Below, piece by piece: positions 40,561 through 50,349 of a DNA stretch of 64,000 nt (within the stretch, counting starts at the first letter, position 1; the number at the start of each line of letters is the position of its first letter). Below the pieces are notes generated by a model. It searched no databases and had not been told where the DNA came from. It saw only the letters and a program-made list of their open reading frames with translations. Both the position numbers and the translations under genes were made by a program. The stretch is from the NCBI GenBank assembly GCA_934102335.1, contig CAKOSP010000004.1, forward strand, positions 65,474 to 129,473, read 5' to 3'. Origin of the DNA: an uncultured Bacilli bacterium (GTDB taxonomy: Bacteria > Bacillota_I > Bacilli_A > RF39 > UBA660).

Positions 40561-41434
40561 AAAACGTGCCTTAGGGAAAGGATTGGAACAGTTATTTGCG
40601 AGTAACGCGATTGATTTTGACAATTTAGAAAATAATATTGTTGAATCAACTCCAGAGAAAGACGTTATGCAAGTAAATTTGGATGAAATAAGAAGTAATC
40701 CATATCAACCTAGAAAGACTTTTAATGAAGATTCATTAAATGAATTAGCAGATTCAATTAAAGAATACGGAATTGTTCAACCTGTAATTTTGAAAAAAAG
40801 TATTAAGGGTTATGAACTAATTGCGGGTGAACGAAGATGCAAGGCAGCTAAAATAGCAGGTTTAAAACAAGTACCAGCTATTATAAAAGATTTTACTGAT
40901 GAAGAAATGATGGAAATTGCTTTGCTTGAAAATATTCAAAGAGAGGATTTAAATCCAATTGATGAAGCTAAAAGTATTGATTCTATTTTAAAATTGCGTG
41001 GTATGACTCAAGAAGAGTTTGCTAAAAAATTTGGTAAAAGTAGAAGTTATATAACTAATTTGTTGGGTATTTTACGTTTGCCAGACTCTGTAAAAAAATT
41101 AGTTGAAAATGGGTCTTTATCTATGAGTCATGCAAGGGTTTTAAGTAAAATTGAAGATGAAGAAAAAATTTTAGTTTTAGCTGAAAGAATTATAAAAGAA
41201 AATTTGAATGTTAGAGAAGTAGAAAAGTTAGCTAGTTCTAAGGCTAAAGTAAAAGAATTAAAACCTGATAAACTTGCTAGTGTAGCAAAATATAATATGT
41301 TTCAAAACATTATGAGTGATAAATTAAATGAAAATGTAAAAATTACTAAAAATAAAATTGAAATATATTTTGATGGTGACCAAGATTTAGAAAGAATATT
41401 AAAATTACTTGATATAAAGGTAGAGGATGAGTAG
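40550..41434 (+). CDS. parB: Chromosome partitioning protein ParB/Spo0J.
   Basis: It has the ParB box GERRxRA (IAGERRCKAAK) and an HTH motif. Confidence 0.9.
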   Translation: METKKRALGKGLEQLFASNAIDFDNLENNIVESTPEKDVMQVNLDEIRSNPYQPRKTFNEDSLNELADSIKEYGIVQPVILKKSIKGYELIAGERRCKAAKIAGLKQVPAIIKDFTDEEMMEIALLENIQREDLNPIDEAKSIDSILKLRGMTQEEFAKKFGKSRSYITNLLGILRLPDSVKKLVENGSLSMSHARVLSKIEDEEKILVLAERIIKENLNVREVEKLASSKAKVKELKPDKLASVAKYNMFQNIMSDKLNENVKITKNKIEIYFDGDQDLERILKLLDIKVEDE

Positions 41435-41628
41435 TGGAAAGTGTTTTTAATCTAAACGATAAAGTTATAATGAAGAAGCCTCATGCTTGTAAGTCTAATT
41501 TATGGACTATTACAAGAGTTGGTGTAGATGTAAAAATTAAGTGTGACAACTGTGGTAGAGAAGTAATGCTTGATCGTTTAGAATTCATAAAAAAACTTAA
41601 GAAGGTGATTTCGAATGAGAAAAACTAA
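41434..41628 (+). CDS. DUF951-family small protein (YyzM-like), with a GTG start.
   Basis: It is about 64 aa with a CDNCG motif. It lies between parB and ychF, as yyzM does in Bacillus. Confidence 0.5.
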   Translation: MESVFNLNDKVIMKKPHACKSNLWTITRVGVDVKIKCDNCGREVMLDRLEFIKKLKKVISNEKN

Positions 41629-43165
41629 ATCTAGTAGAAAAGGTGATAAGCCAAATCTACATCCGGTTATGACCTATTTGGTTATTATCTTGGGTGTTAT
41701 TTTAATAAGCTTTTTTTTAAGTGTTTTAAATATACAGGCAACATATAACAGTTATTCAGAAATTACTGAATCTTATGCTCCGACAACAGAAGCAGTGAAG
41801 TCATTATTTAATTTAAGTGGGTTAAAATTTATATTTACAAATACTGTTTCTAATTTTGCTAATTTTACAGTATTATCAAATTTAATCATAATACTTATTG
41901 GGATTGGTGTGATGGAATATAGCGGTTTTCTAAAAACCTTGGTGCTTTTATTTACAAAAAAAGCAAAAAAAACCACTGTTACTTTTTGGTTGGTATTTTT
42001 ATGTATGATCTCTAGTATCATTGGTGATTTACCATACATAGTAATGATTCCTTTATCAGCATTAATATTTAAACATGGTAAAAGAAATCCTTTGATTGGT
42101 ATGGTGGCTTCCTATGCAGCTTTAACTTGTGGAAGTGCATTTTCAATTTTGTTCACTAGTGTTGATTCTTCTTTGCTGAGTTTAAGCGTTCTTAATGCGG
42201 GAGTTATTGATACTTCATATAATATGTCAACTTTTGCATTTCTTTTGATAAATACTTTAATAATTGTTATTGCTTCAATTTTTATCACTAAAATTACTGA
42301 AGATGTTGTAGCAAAAAAATTACCAAAATATGAATTTGAAGAAACTGATGTTAATGATGAAATAATTACAAAGAAACAATTAAAAGGGTTATTATATGCT
42401 GGCAGTATTTGTTTTATTTATTTGTTAATAGTAATTTACAACATTATTCCTGGCTTACCTTTTTCAGGTAACTTACTTGATAAAACTCAAGTTTTGTATA
42501 TTGACAAGTTATTTAGTTATGAGTCATTTTTCTCTAATGGATTTGTCTTTATTATAACAATGTTATTTATATTAGCTGGATTATTTTATGGAATTGGTGC
42601 TAAAACAATAAAGGATAACAAGAGCTTTTCTGATAGTTTAGGTTTTTCTTTGAATGGTATAGGAAAAGTATTAGTATTAATTTTTATGTCTTCGACATTT
42701 ATAAGTATATTTAAACAAACTAATATAGGGCCTACTATTGTTGCTTCTTTAACAAATTTAATTGGAGTATCAAAGTTTGGTGGCTTTGCTTTAGTATTAC
42801 TTTTATTTATTTCAAGCGTAATATCTACTATTTTTGTTCCTTCATCTTTAAGTAAGTGGACTACCATGGCTAGTGTTGTTGTTCCAACTTTTATGAATGC
42901 TGGTTTAAGTCCAGAATTTGCTCAATTTGTGTTTAGATTAGGCGAATCTGTAACAATGGGAATAACTCCATTATTAGCGTATTTTGTTATTTATTTAGCA
43001 TATGTTGAACAGTATAATAAAAATGAAAAGCCAATTAAATTTATTGATGTTATTAAATGGCAAATTCCATATGTTGTTTTTATGCTTTTATTATCAATAA
43101 TTATTTTAGTAATTTTTTATCTACTTAATATTCCATTAGGAATTGGTGGATATGTGTCTTTATAG
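41615..43165 (+). CDS. AbgT-family (p-aminobenzoyl-glutamate / MtrF-type) membrane transporter.
   Basis: Its N-terminal region (KPNLHPVMTYLVIIL and the following segment) aligns with AbgT. It is a multi-TM protein of 516 aa. Confidence 0.6.
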   Translation: MRKTKSSRKGDKPNLHPVMTYLVIILGVILISFFLSVLNIQATYNSYSEITESYAPTTEAVKSLFNLSGLKFIFTNTVSNFANFTVLSNLIIILIGIGVMEYSGFLKTLVLLFTKKAKKTTVTFWLVFLCMISSIIGDLPYIVMIPLSALIFKHGKRNPLIGMVASYAALTCGSAFSILFTSVDSSLLSLSVLNAGVIDTSYNMSTFAFLLINTLIIVIASIFITKITEDVVAKKLPKYEFEETDVNDEIITKKQLKGLLYAGSICFIYLLIVIYNIIPGLPFSGNLLDKTQVLYIDKLFSYESFFSNGFVFIITMLFILAGLFYGIGAKTIKDNKSFSDSLGFSLNGIGKVLVLIFMSSTFISIFKQTNIGPTIVASLTNLIGVSKFGGFALVLLLFISSVISTIFVPSSLSKWTTMASVVVPTFMNAGLSPEFAQFVFRLGESVTMGITPLLAYFVIYLAYVEQYNKNEKPIKFIDVIKWQIPYVVFMLLLSIIILVIFYLLNIPLGIGGYVSL

Positions 43166-43173
43166 GAGGGTTT

Positions 43174-44274
43174 ATGTCACTTAAAGCTGGTATAGTAGGT
43201 TTGCCAAATGTTGGAAAATCTACATTATTTAACGCTATTACAAAAAAAAATATTTTAGCAGCAAATTATCCATTTGCTACTATAGAACCGAATGTGGGCG
43301 TAGTATTAGTTGAAGATCCAAGATTGGAATTTTTAAATAATTTATATAATCCAAAAAGCTTAGTTCCAACATCTTTTGAATTTATTGACATTGCTGGTTT
43401 AGTTGAGGGAGCATCTAGTGGTGAGGGTTTAGGAAATAAATTTTTATCACACATTAGAAACGTTGATGCTATAGTTGAGGTAGTTAGATGTTTTGATGAT
43501 AAAAATATTACTCATGTTACCGGTTCAACTGATCCTATTCGTGATATTGAAATAATAAATGTTGAACTAGTATTATCAGATTTAGAAATTGCTCAGAATA
43601 GAATAGATAAAATTCAAAAGAAAGCTGAAACTACTAAAGACAAGGATGCTGTCGCAGAATTTAATGTACTTACTAAAGTTAAAGATAATTTACTTAAAAA
43701 TAATGCTTTGCGAAATGTTTCATTTACTAAAGAAGAATTAGAAATTATAAAAAATTTTAATTTTATAACATTAATGCCAATTATATATGTAGCTAATACT
43801 GATGAGGAAACGTTAGTTACTAAAGATAACGATTATACTATTAAAGTGAAAGAATATGCTCAAAAAGAAGGATCTGGAGTAATTGTAATGTGTGCAAAAT
43901 TGGAATCTGAATTAGCATCATTAGATACTTTAGAAAAAAAAGAATTTTTAAAAGGAATTGGTGTTGATAATTCTGAATTAGATAATTTAATTTTAGAAAC
44001 ATATAATTTATTAGGATTAGCTACATTTTTTACCGCTGGGTCTGATGAGGTTAGAGCGTGGACGTTTAAAAAGGGCATGTTTGCTCCTGAATGTGCAGGA
44101 ATAATTCATAGTGATTTTGAAAGAGGATTTATAAAGGCCGAAATAATGTCTTATGATGATCTTTATAATCTAGGTGATGAAAAAAAGGTACAAGAAGCTG
44201 GTAAACTTAGACTTGAAGGTAAGAATTATGTAATGCAAGATGGAGACATATGTTATTTTAGATTTAATGTTTAA
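43174..44274 (+). CDS. ychF: Ribosome-binding ATPase YchF.
   Basis: It has a G1 motif (GLPNVGKST) and a C-terminal TGS domain. Confidence 0.9.
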   Translation: MSLKAGIVGLPNVGKSTLFNAITKKNILAANYPFATIEPNVGVVLVEDPRLEFLNNLYNPKSLVPTSFEFIDIAGLVEGASSGEGLGNKFLSHIRNVDAIVEVVRCFDDKNITHVTGSTDPIRDIEIINVELVLSDLEIAQNRIDKIQKKAETTKDKDAVAEFNVLTKVKDNLLKNNALRNVSFTKEELEIIKNFNFITLMPIIYVANTDEETLVTKDNDYTIKVKEYAQKEGSGVIVMCAKLESELASLDTLEKKEFLKGIGVDNSELDNLILETYNLLGLATFFTAGSDEVRAWTFKKGMFAPECAGIIHSDFERGFIKAEIMSYDDLYNLGDEKKVQEAGKLRLEGKNYVMQDGDICYFRFNV

Positions 44275-44309
44275 AAACAAAGTTATTATTTACTTTGTTT
44301 TTTCTTTTT
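44275..44309 (+). terminator. Intrinsic terminator after ychF (AAACAAAGT-loop-ACTTTGTTT, then T-rich).
   Basis: Hairpin plus U-tract. Confidence 0.65.
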
Positions 44310-44317
44310 GGTATAAT
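44309..44317 (+). promoter_or_regulatory. Extended -10 element TGGTATAAT of the rpsF-ssb-rpsR operon promoter.
   Basis: TGnTATAAT lies about 68 bp upstream of rpsF, with a structured leader in between. Confidence 0.45.
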
Positions 44318-44384
44318 AACTTGCGAGTAAAGAAATTGCTCCTTGCTTTGTTAATACAAAGCCATAAGACCACGAGGAGGTGAA

Positions 44385-44675
44385 ATGATGACTAAATATG
44401 AAATTATGTTTATCGTTAAAACAACTATGGAAGATGATGAAATTAAGAAAACTGCAGAAACTGTTAAAGGTTTAATTTCAGGTGATTCTAAAGTAATCGA
44501 ATTCAAAGATTTAGGCAAGAAAAAATTAGCTTATCCAATTAATAAAGAAGTTGGCGGTAATTATTTTTTAATGATTGTTGAAGCTAGTCATGATGTAATT
44601 AGTGAATTTGATCGTAAAATTAAAATTAACGAAAATATTATTAGACATTTAATTTTAAAATTAGATGAAGAATAG
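44385..44675 (+). CDS. rpsF: 30S ribosomal protein S6.
   Basis: It matches the S6 family (YEIMFIV). Confidence 0.9.
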   Translation: MMTKYEIMFIVKTTMEDDEIKKTAETVKGLISGDSKVIEFKDLGKKKLAYPINKEVGGNYFLMIVEASHDVISEFDRKIKINENIIRHLILKLDEE

Positions 44676-44683
44676 GAGTTTTT

Positions 44684-45145
44684 ATGAATAGAGTTATATT
44701 AACAGGACGTTTAACAAGAGATCCAGAATCTAGAGCTACTTCTAGTGCTACTGAAGTTGTGAGATTTTCATTAGCATGCCAAGGTGACTTCGTTAATAGA
44801 AATACTGGTGAAAGACAAGTTGAGTTTATTAACTGTGTTGCATTTGGTCAATTAGGAACTACAATAAGTAAGTATTGTTCTAAAGGTTCTTTAGTTGGAG
44901 TTACTGGTAGAATTAGAAATAGTAGTTATGATGCCAAAGATGGAACTAAAAGATATACTACTGATGTAATTGTTGAACAATTAGAATTTTTAGGTTCTAG
45001 AGCTAATAGTAATGATGCATCATCTATGCCAACTAATCCAACTGAGGTAAGTTCTCCTAGTGTTGAAACGACTGATATAACTGAAGATCCATATAAAGAT
45101 TTTGGTGATGAAATTACTTTAAGTAGTGATGATTTACCTTTTTAA
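44684..45145 (+). CDS. ssb: Single-stranded DNA-binding protein.
   Basis: It has an OB fold and the C-terminal DDLPF tail. Confidence 0.9.
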   Translation: MNRVILTGRLTRDPESRATSSATEVVRFSLACQGDFVNRNTGERQVEFINCVAFGQLGTTISKYCSKGSLVGVTGRIRNSSYDAKDGTKRYTTDVIVEQLEFLGSRANSNDASSMPTNPTEVSSPSVETTDITEDPYKDFGDEITLSSDDLPF

Positions 45146-45156
45146 AGGAGGAAATA

Positions 45157-45372
45157 ATGGCAGAATTTTATCGTAAAAAGAAAAAAATATGTCAAATGTG
45201 TGCTGGAAAAAGCGTAGATTATAAAGATGTTATGATTATTAATAAATATATTAATGAAAAAGGCAAGATTTTACCTAGAAGAATGACAGGTGCTTGCGCA
45301 AAACATCAAAGACATATTGCAAATCAAGTTAAATATGCTAGATTTATGGCATTAATACCATTTACAAGATAA
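45157..45372 (+). CDS. rpsR: 30S ribosomal protein S18 (Cys-containing C+ form).
   Basis: It aligns to S18 (KGKILPRRMTG) and carries CxxC plus C. Confidence 0.9.
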   Translation: MAEFYRKKKKICQMCAGKSVDYKDVMIINKYINEKGKILPRRMTGACAKHQRHIANQVKYARFMALIPFTR

Positions 45373-45440
45373 ATGGTATTTTTTTTTAGCACTATTGATT
45401 TATTTTAGTTTGTCTTGTATAATTATAAGAGAATAGTGGG

Positions 45441-47000
45441 ATGCTAATGAAAAATATTATGAAGGAAAGGTTATCTAGTATAAAGCAGTTTACTATAAAG
45501 AACCGTAACTATATTGCTACGGCTTTTGTCGTTGGTTTATTTGCTGTAATATCTTTTTCAATTTCATATGGTTATTTTTATTCATCTTCTTCTAAATTAG
45601 CAATGTCTGGTCAAGTGGGAAATATTGAAGAAAATAATCAAAATATTAAATTTTATGTTGAAACTGGATATCAATCTGGTATTTATTCTTTAAGTAGTAA
45701 GGCTCCTACAAATGGTTATACTCTTAATAAATCAAAATCTGAAATTGTTGGGGGCTCATCAAGTGCTTTGGATACTTATGATAGTGCTGGAATTTTGGAT
45801 TCTAGTATTACAAGTGCTAGTTTATATTTTGACGCTAACAGTGATGTTAATGCCAATGCGGATATTGTTATTGATATATATAGACAAGCAAAGGGAGATT
45901 TGTGTATAAATTCATCTGGAACCTGTTCTAAATATTTAAAGACACAATATACCTTGGATGAATTAGCAAATTTAGGTTATTATTATAATAGTAGTAAAAC
46001 AACATGTACTAATAGTGCTAGTTTAGTGTATGATAATTCTTCTAGAACAGTAAACGTGAGTGGTGCTTCTAAAACAACTTGTTCGGTATATTTTACATAT
46101 GGAAATTTTGCGAGTACTATTTTAAATAGTGGTGCAAGTATTAATACTACTACATCAACTATAGAATCTGATTCCATTGCTACGACTGATGAGGGTTTAA
46201 TTAAGACTACGGATGAATTTGGAGATGCCTATATTTTTAGAGGTGCAATAACTACGAACTATGTTAAATTTGCGGGTTATTATTGGCGTATTATGAGAAT
46301 TAATGGTGATGGTAGTGTAAGAATTATTTATTGGGGGTCATCTGCTAGTAGTCATGATATGACAAATAATTTATCTTCTTTTAATAGTGATAAGACTAGT
46401 AGTAGTTATGTTGGCTTTTATTACGATTCTAATGGTGTAACTAATGGTGCTCCGGCTACTGTTATTAAGGCTTTAGAAAATTTTTATATAACTAAATTAT
46501 CAGCGTATGATGAGTATATTGGTGATTCAATATTTTGTAATGATAGAACTGTTTCATCATCCTCTGGTTCTACTTATACTTATGGGAAGTATTTGACGCC
46601 TTCATCGGTAACAACTTTAAAATGCCCTAATTTTAAAGATTCTTTTAATACCGTATCAAGAAAAGTTTATTCAAGAACTTCTAAAAAACCAACTTATGTG
46701 GGAAATTATGAGTTAAAGTATCCTATTGGTTTGGTTAATATCCAAGAAATTATGTTGGCTGGTGGCCGTCTTGGAGGTTATATGAATGGTAGTTATTATT
46801 TAGAGAATGCTGGATTAACTATGTCTCCTGCATCATATAGTAGTGGTTCAGCAAAAATATATGTTTTAACAGGTGCAGGCCGTACTCCAAGTGAAGAGGT
46901 AACGATAACTTATAATTTCTCACCAGTAATTTCTTTAAAAGCTGACGTTAGGGTAACAGGAAAAGGCACTGCTAGCGATCCATACGTTCCGGTTATATAA
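45441..47000 (+). CDS. Hypothetical N-terminally membrane-anchored, Ser/Thr/Tyr/Asn-rich protein (519 aa) of unknown family.
   Basis: It is a long ORF with one N-terminal TM segment, low-complexity STY-rich composition and 10 Cys. It lies between rpsR and rplI, where yybS/gdpP usually lie. Confidence 0.5.
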   Translation: MLMKNIMKERLSSIKQFTIKNRNYIATAFVVGLFAVISFSISYGYFYSSSSKLAMSGQVGNIEENNQNIKFYVETGYQSGIYSLSSKAPTNGYTLNKSKSEIVGGSSSALDTYDSAGILDSSITSASLYFDANSDVNANADIVIDIYRQAKGDLCINSSGTCSKYLKTQYTLDELANLGYYYNSSKTTCTNSASLVYDNSSRTVNVSGASKTTCSVYFTYGNFASTILNSGASINTTTSTIESDSIATTDEGLIKTTDEFGDAYIFRGAITTNYVKFAGYYWRIMRINGDGSVRIIYWGSSASSHDMTNNLSSFNSDKTSSSYVGFYYDSNGVTNGAPATVIKALENFYITKLSAYDEYIGDSIFCNDRTVSSSSGSTYTYGKYLTPSSVTTLKCPNFKDSFNTVSRKVYSRTSKKPTYVGNYELKYPIGLVNIQEIMLAGGRLGGYMNGSYYLENAGLTMSPASYSSGSAKIYVLTGAGRTPSEEVTITYNFSPVISLKADVRVTGKGTASDPYVPVI

Positions 47001-47022
47001 AGACCTATAGGTCTTTTTTTGT
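47001..47022 (+). terminator. Intrinsic terminator (AGACCTATAGGTCT, then T7).
   Basis: A perfect hairpin plus U-tract immediately after the stop. Confidence 0.75.
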
Positions 47023-47029
47023 TGCCTTC

Positions 47030-47040
47030 TTTGTGTTATA
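47030..47040 (+). promoter_or_regulatory. Extended -10 promoter element (TGTGTTATAAT) for rplI–dnaB.
   Basis: A TGnTATAAT-like element lies 27 bp upstream of the AGGAGG RBS. Confidence 0.4.
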
Positions 47041-47067
47041 ATATTTTTGACTTTTAAGGAGGTATAT

Positions 47068-47508
47068 ATGAAAGTAATATTACTTCAAGATGTAAAAGGA
47101 CAAGGAAAAAAAGATCAAATTATTAAAGTTAGTGATGGATATGCAAATAATTTTTTGATTAAACGTGGTTTAGCTGTTTTATATACTAAACGTAGTAATG
47201 AAATTTTAGAAAAATCTTTAGATGAAAAAAAACAAGAAGAATTAGAGATTATTTCGAAATGCAATTTAATAAAGGATAAACTAGAAAATAAAGAGTTATT
47301 ATTTAAAGTAAGTACTGGAAAACAAGATAAGGTGTTTGGAACAATTTCTACTAAACAAATAAGTGAAAAGTTAAAAGATATGGGTTATTCCATTGATAAA
47401 AAATGTATTAGAATAAATGGAGTAATAGATTCTTTAGGAACTCATAATGTTACTCTAGAATTACATAAAAAGGTTAAGTTTAATATAAAAGTAGTATTAG
47501 TAAAGTAG
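47068..47508 (+). CDS. rplI: 50S ribosomal protein L9.
   Basis: MKVILLQDVKGQGKKDQIIKVSDGYANNFL is the L9 signature. Confidence 0.9.
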   Translation: MKVILLQDVKGQGKKDQIIKVSDGYANNFLIKRGLAVLYTKRSNEILEKSLDEKKQEELEIISKCNLIKDKLENKELLFKVSTGKQDKVFGTISTKQISEKLKDMGYSIDKKCIRINGVIDSLGTHNVTLELHKKVKFNIKVVLVK

Positions 47509-47517
47509 GTGATTTTT

Positions 47518-48855
47518 ATGGCAAGAGCTATGCCAAATAATTTAGAAGCAGAAATGAGTGTTTTAGGTTGTGCTTTTTTGGGGGGCAATCTTGTTGATAA
47601 AATCGTTGAAGAAATGCACGCTGAGATGTTTTTTGACGAAAGAAATAAGGTGTTATTTAATGCTATTGTACAGCTGCATAATGAAAAAAATCCTGTTGAT
47701 ATAACTACAATAAAAAATGAATTAGATAAAGTTAAAAAATTAAATATTGTAGGTCTTGATTATTTAACTGATGTTATTGATAGTGTAGCAATAAGTAGTA
47801 ATCTTGATTATTATATAAGTATTGTTAAAGAAAATGCTTTGCGTAGAAATTTAATTGAGACTGCAACTGATATTGTTTCTAAAGCTTATGATGAAGATAA
47901 TTTAAATGTTTTACTTGATAATTCTGAACAGGAAATTTTAAATGTTGTAAGAAATAGATCTACAGGTGATTTTCTTTCAATTAAAGATGTATTAAGAAGT
48001 GCTCAAGAAAAATTAGAAGAATTAGCTAAAACTAAAAAGGTGGTTACAGGTTTAGAAACAGGATTTTATGATTTTGATAAAATTACTACTGGTTTTCAAC
48101 CTGGTGAAATGATTATTTTAGCTGCTCGTCCAGGTATGGGAAAAACTGCTCTTGCTTTAAATATGGCAACTTACGCTGCCTCAACGACTAAAAAGGCTAT
48201 TGCTATGTTTTGCTTAGAAATGCCTGCGGATATGTTAGTTAATAGAATGATTGCCTCAGTTGGGGGAATAGATTCTTATAAATTACAAACTGGTCAAATG
48301 CAAGATAATGATTGGAAAAAATATAATGAAGCTATGAGTCAACTTGCTGATACTAATATGTACATAGAAGATAATTCTGGTGTAACAGTTTCGGAAATTA
48401 GAGCCAAATGTCGTAGACTTGCTTCTAGTGAAGAAGGATTGGGCATGGTGGTAATAGATTATTTACAACTTGTTTCTACTGGTAATCGAAGAGTTGAATC
48501 AAGACAAGTTGAGGTATCAGAGATTTCTCGTAGTTTAAAAACTATGGCGTTGGAGCTTGGGGTTCCAGTTATAGCCTTATCTCAATTATCAAGAAGTGCT
48601 GAAAAAAGAGAGAATAATCAACCAATGTTAGCAGATTTACGTGAGTCCGGATCTTTGGAACAAGATGCTGATATAGTACTTTTTATAAATCGTAAGGATT
48701 ATTATGAAAAAAAGGATGTTAATCAAAAAATTGTTCCTGCAGAGCTTGTTATAGCCAAACATAGAAAAGGTGGTTTAGGTACAGTTGATTTATTATTTGA
48801 ACTTAATAAATTAACATTTAAAAATATATTGAAAACTCAGAAAGAGGAAGGTTAA
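47518..48855 (+). CDS. dnaB: Replicative DNA helicase (DnaB family; called DnaC in Bacillus).
   Basis: Its N-terminus NLEAEMSVLG is DnaB-like, and it has a Walker A motif (ARPGMGKTA) and a RecA-like C-domain. Confidence 0.9.
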   Translation: MARAMPNNLEAEMSVLGCAFLGGNLVDKIVEEMHAEMFFDERNKVLFNAIVQLHNEKNPVDITTIKNELDKVKKLNIVGLDYLTDVIDSVAISSNLDYYISIVKENALRRNLIETATDIVSKAYDEDNLNVLLDNSEQEILNVVRNRSTGDFLSIKDVLRSAQEKLEELAKTKKVVTGLETGFYDFDKITTGFQPGEMIILAARPGMGKTALALNMATYAASTTKKAIAMFCLEMPADMLVNRMIASVGGIDSYKLQTGQMQDNDWKKYNEAMSQLADTNMYIEDNSGVTVSEIRAKCRRLASSEEGLGMVVIDYLQLVSTGNRRVESRQVEVSEISRSLKTMALELGVPVIALSQLSRSAEKRENNQPMLADLRESGSLEQDADIVLFINRKDYYEKKDVNQKIVPAELVIAKHRKGGLGTVDLLFELNKLTFKNILKTQKEEG

Positions 48856-50339
48856 TGAAAGCTAAGCAAATCATTATTACGTTGTTAATTTGTAGTATTT
48901 CTTTAATGGTTTTTGTATCAGAGAAATTATATTTTGTGTCTAACAAAACTGCAAATTCATATTATAAAGTATATTTAAAAGGTAAGGAAATCGGGTTAAT
49001 TGAATCAAAAGATGAATTATATGATTTAATTAATACTGAACAAGAAAATATAAGAAATACTTATAATATTGATACAGTATATCCACCATCAGATTTTGAA
49101 TTAGTTCAAACAAATACTTTTAGTCAAGATTTATCAACTGCATCAGCAATATACAAAAAAATTGAAAACGCTGATAATTTCACAATAAAAGGCTATATTA
49201 TTTCATTAAAAAATGATGAAGAAACTAAAGAAATTTACGTCATAGATAAGACTATTTTTGAAAATGCCTTAAAAAATTTTGTTCATGCTTTTGTAGATGA
49301 GGAAACTTATCAAGATTATATAAATAATACCCAAGATGAGATAATTGATGTTGGATCAATAATAGATAAGATGTATTTTAAAGAATCTATTTCAATAAAA
49401 GAAGGATATATTAGTGTAAGTGATAAAATATTTACTGATGAAAAAGAATTAAGTCAATATTTGTTATTTGGTGAAAATGCTGATATTAATGAATACACAG
49501 TTAAACTTGGTGATACTTTAGAAAGTATTGCTGAGGATAACAAGTTAAATGTTCAAGAACTGTTGATATCTAATCCCGAGTATAGAGATGAAAATGCTAT
49601 ATTAGCGATTGGCGATAAAATGAATGTTACTTATTTAAATCCAGTTTTAAACTTGGTTCAAGAAATTCATAAAGTTGAAGACGTTGAAGCTGTAATGGAA
49701 ACAAAGGTCGAATACGATAATACTAAGCCGTACAGTTATTCTGAGATTACTACACCTGGTGTTACAGGTATTACAAGATTAACACAGGAGTATCAAGTTG
49801 TTAATGGTGAATCAAGTAATGAAGTTAAGATTACTAACAAAGTTACAATTCGTGAAGCGGTAACACAGGTTACTACTAAAGGTAGAAAGTCATATTATAC
49901 ACCAAATATTACGGGAACTTATGTTGATAATGGTCAAGAGTGGGGATGGCCAACAAATTCTCCATATATTATATCTAGTCAGTTCTCATGGCGTTGGGGA
50001 AAACACCATGATGGATTAGATATAACTGGTACTGGTGAAGGATCCCCTATATATGCGGCAGGCAGTGGTACTGTTATACAAGCCGGATGGGGTGGTCAAG
50101 CGCTTTCTGAGGCTGGCGTAAACGTAATTATTCAACACGATAATGATATATATACTTTATATGCGCATATGAGATCAACTTCCGTAAGAGTTGGTCAAAC
50201 AGTTACCAAAGGCCAAGTAATTGGTACTATGGGTCATACTGGTTATGCTTTTGGTACTCACTTACATTTTAGTGCATCAAAAGGTAATCCATATAGAGGA
50301 AGTTATGCATTTTTTAATCCTTTGAATCTATATAAATAA
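48855..50339 (+). CDS. Membrane-anchored LysM-domain M23 metallopeptidase.
   Basis: It has a LysM domain (YTVKLGDTLESIAEDNKLNVQELL) and the M23 motifs HHDGLD (HxxxD) and HLHF (HxH). Confidence 0.8.
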   Translation: MKAKQIIITLLICSISLMVFVSEKLYFVSNKTANSYYKVYLKGKEIGLIESKDELYDLINTEQENIRNTYNIDTVYPPSDFELVQTNTFSQDLSTASAIYKKIENADNFTIKGYIISLKNDEETKEIYVIDKTIFENALKNFVHAFVDEETYQDYINNTQDEIIDVGSIIDKMYFKESISIKEGYISVSDKIFTDEKELSQYLLFGENADINEYTVKLGDTLESIAEDNKLNVQELLISNPEYRDENAILAIGDKMNVTYLNPVLNLVQEIHKVEDVEAVMETKVEYDNTKPYSYSEITTPGVTGITRLTQEYQVVNGESSNEVKITNKVTIREAVTQVTTKGRKSYYTPNITGTYVDNGQEWGWPTNSPYIISSQFSWRWGKHHDGLDITGTGEGSPIYAAGSGTVIQAGWGGQALSEAGVNVIIQHDNDIYTLYAHMRSTSVRVGQTVTKGQVIGTMGHTGYAFGTHLHFSASKGNPYRGSYAFFNPLNLYK

Positions 50340-50349
50340 AAGGAGTATT

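Noticed and set aside
45441-45560. Type IV prepilin or pseudopilin signal in the N-terminus of the STY-rich ORF (segment KQFTIKN).
   Set aside because: It lacks the invariant Gly at -1 and Glu at +5 of class III signal peptides. It is more likely a plain signal-anchor.
45712-45909. Same-strand internal ORFs in alternative frames: 45712-45909 inside the STY-rich ORF, 56354-56578 inside Fem paralog 1 and 18583-18789 opposite clpP.
   Set aside because: They are frame-shifted overlaps of longer ORFs, and their hydrophobic low-complexity translations look like artefacts.
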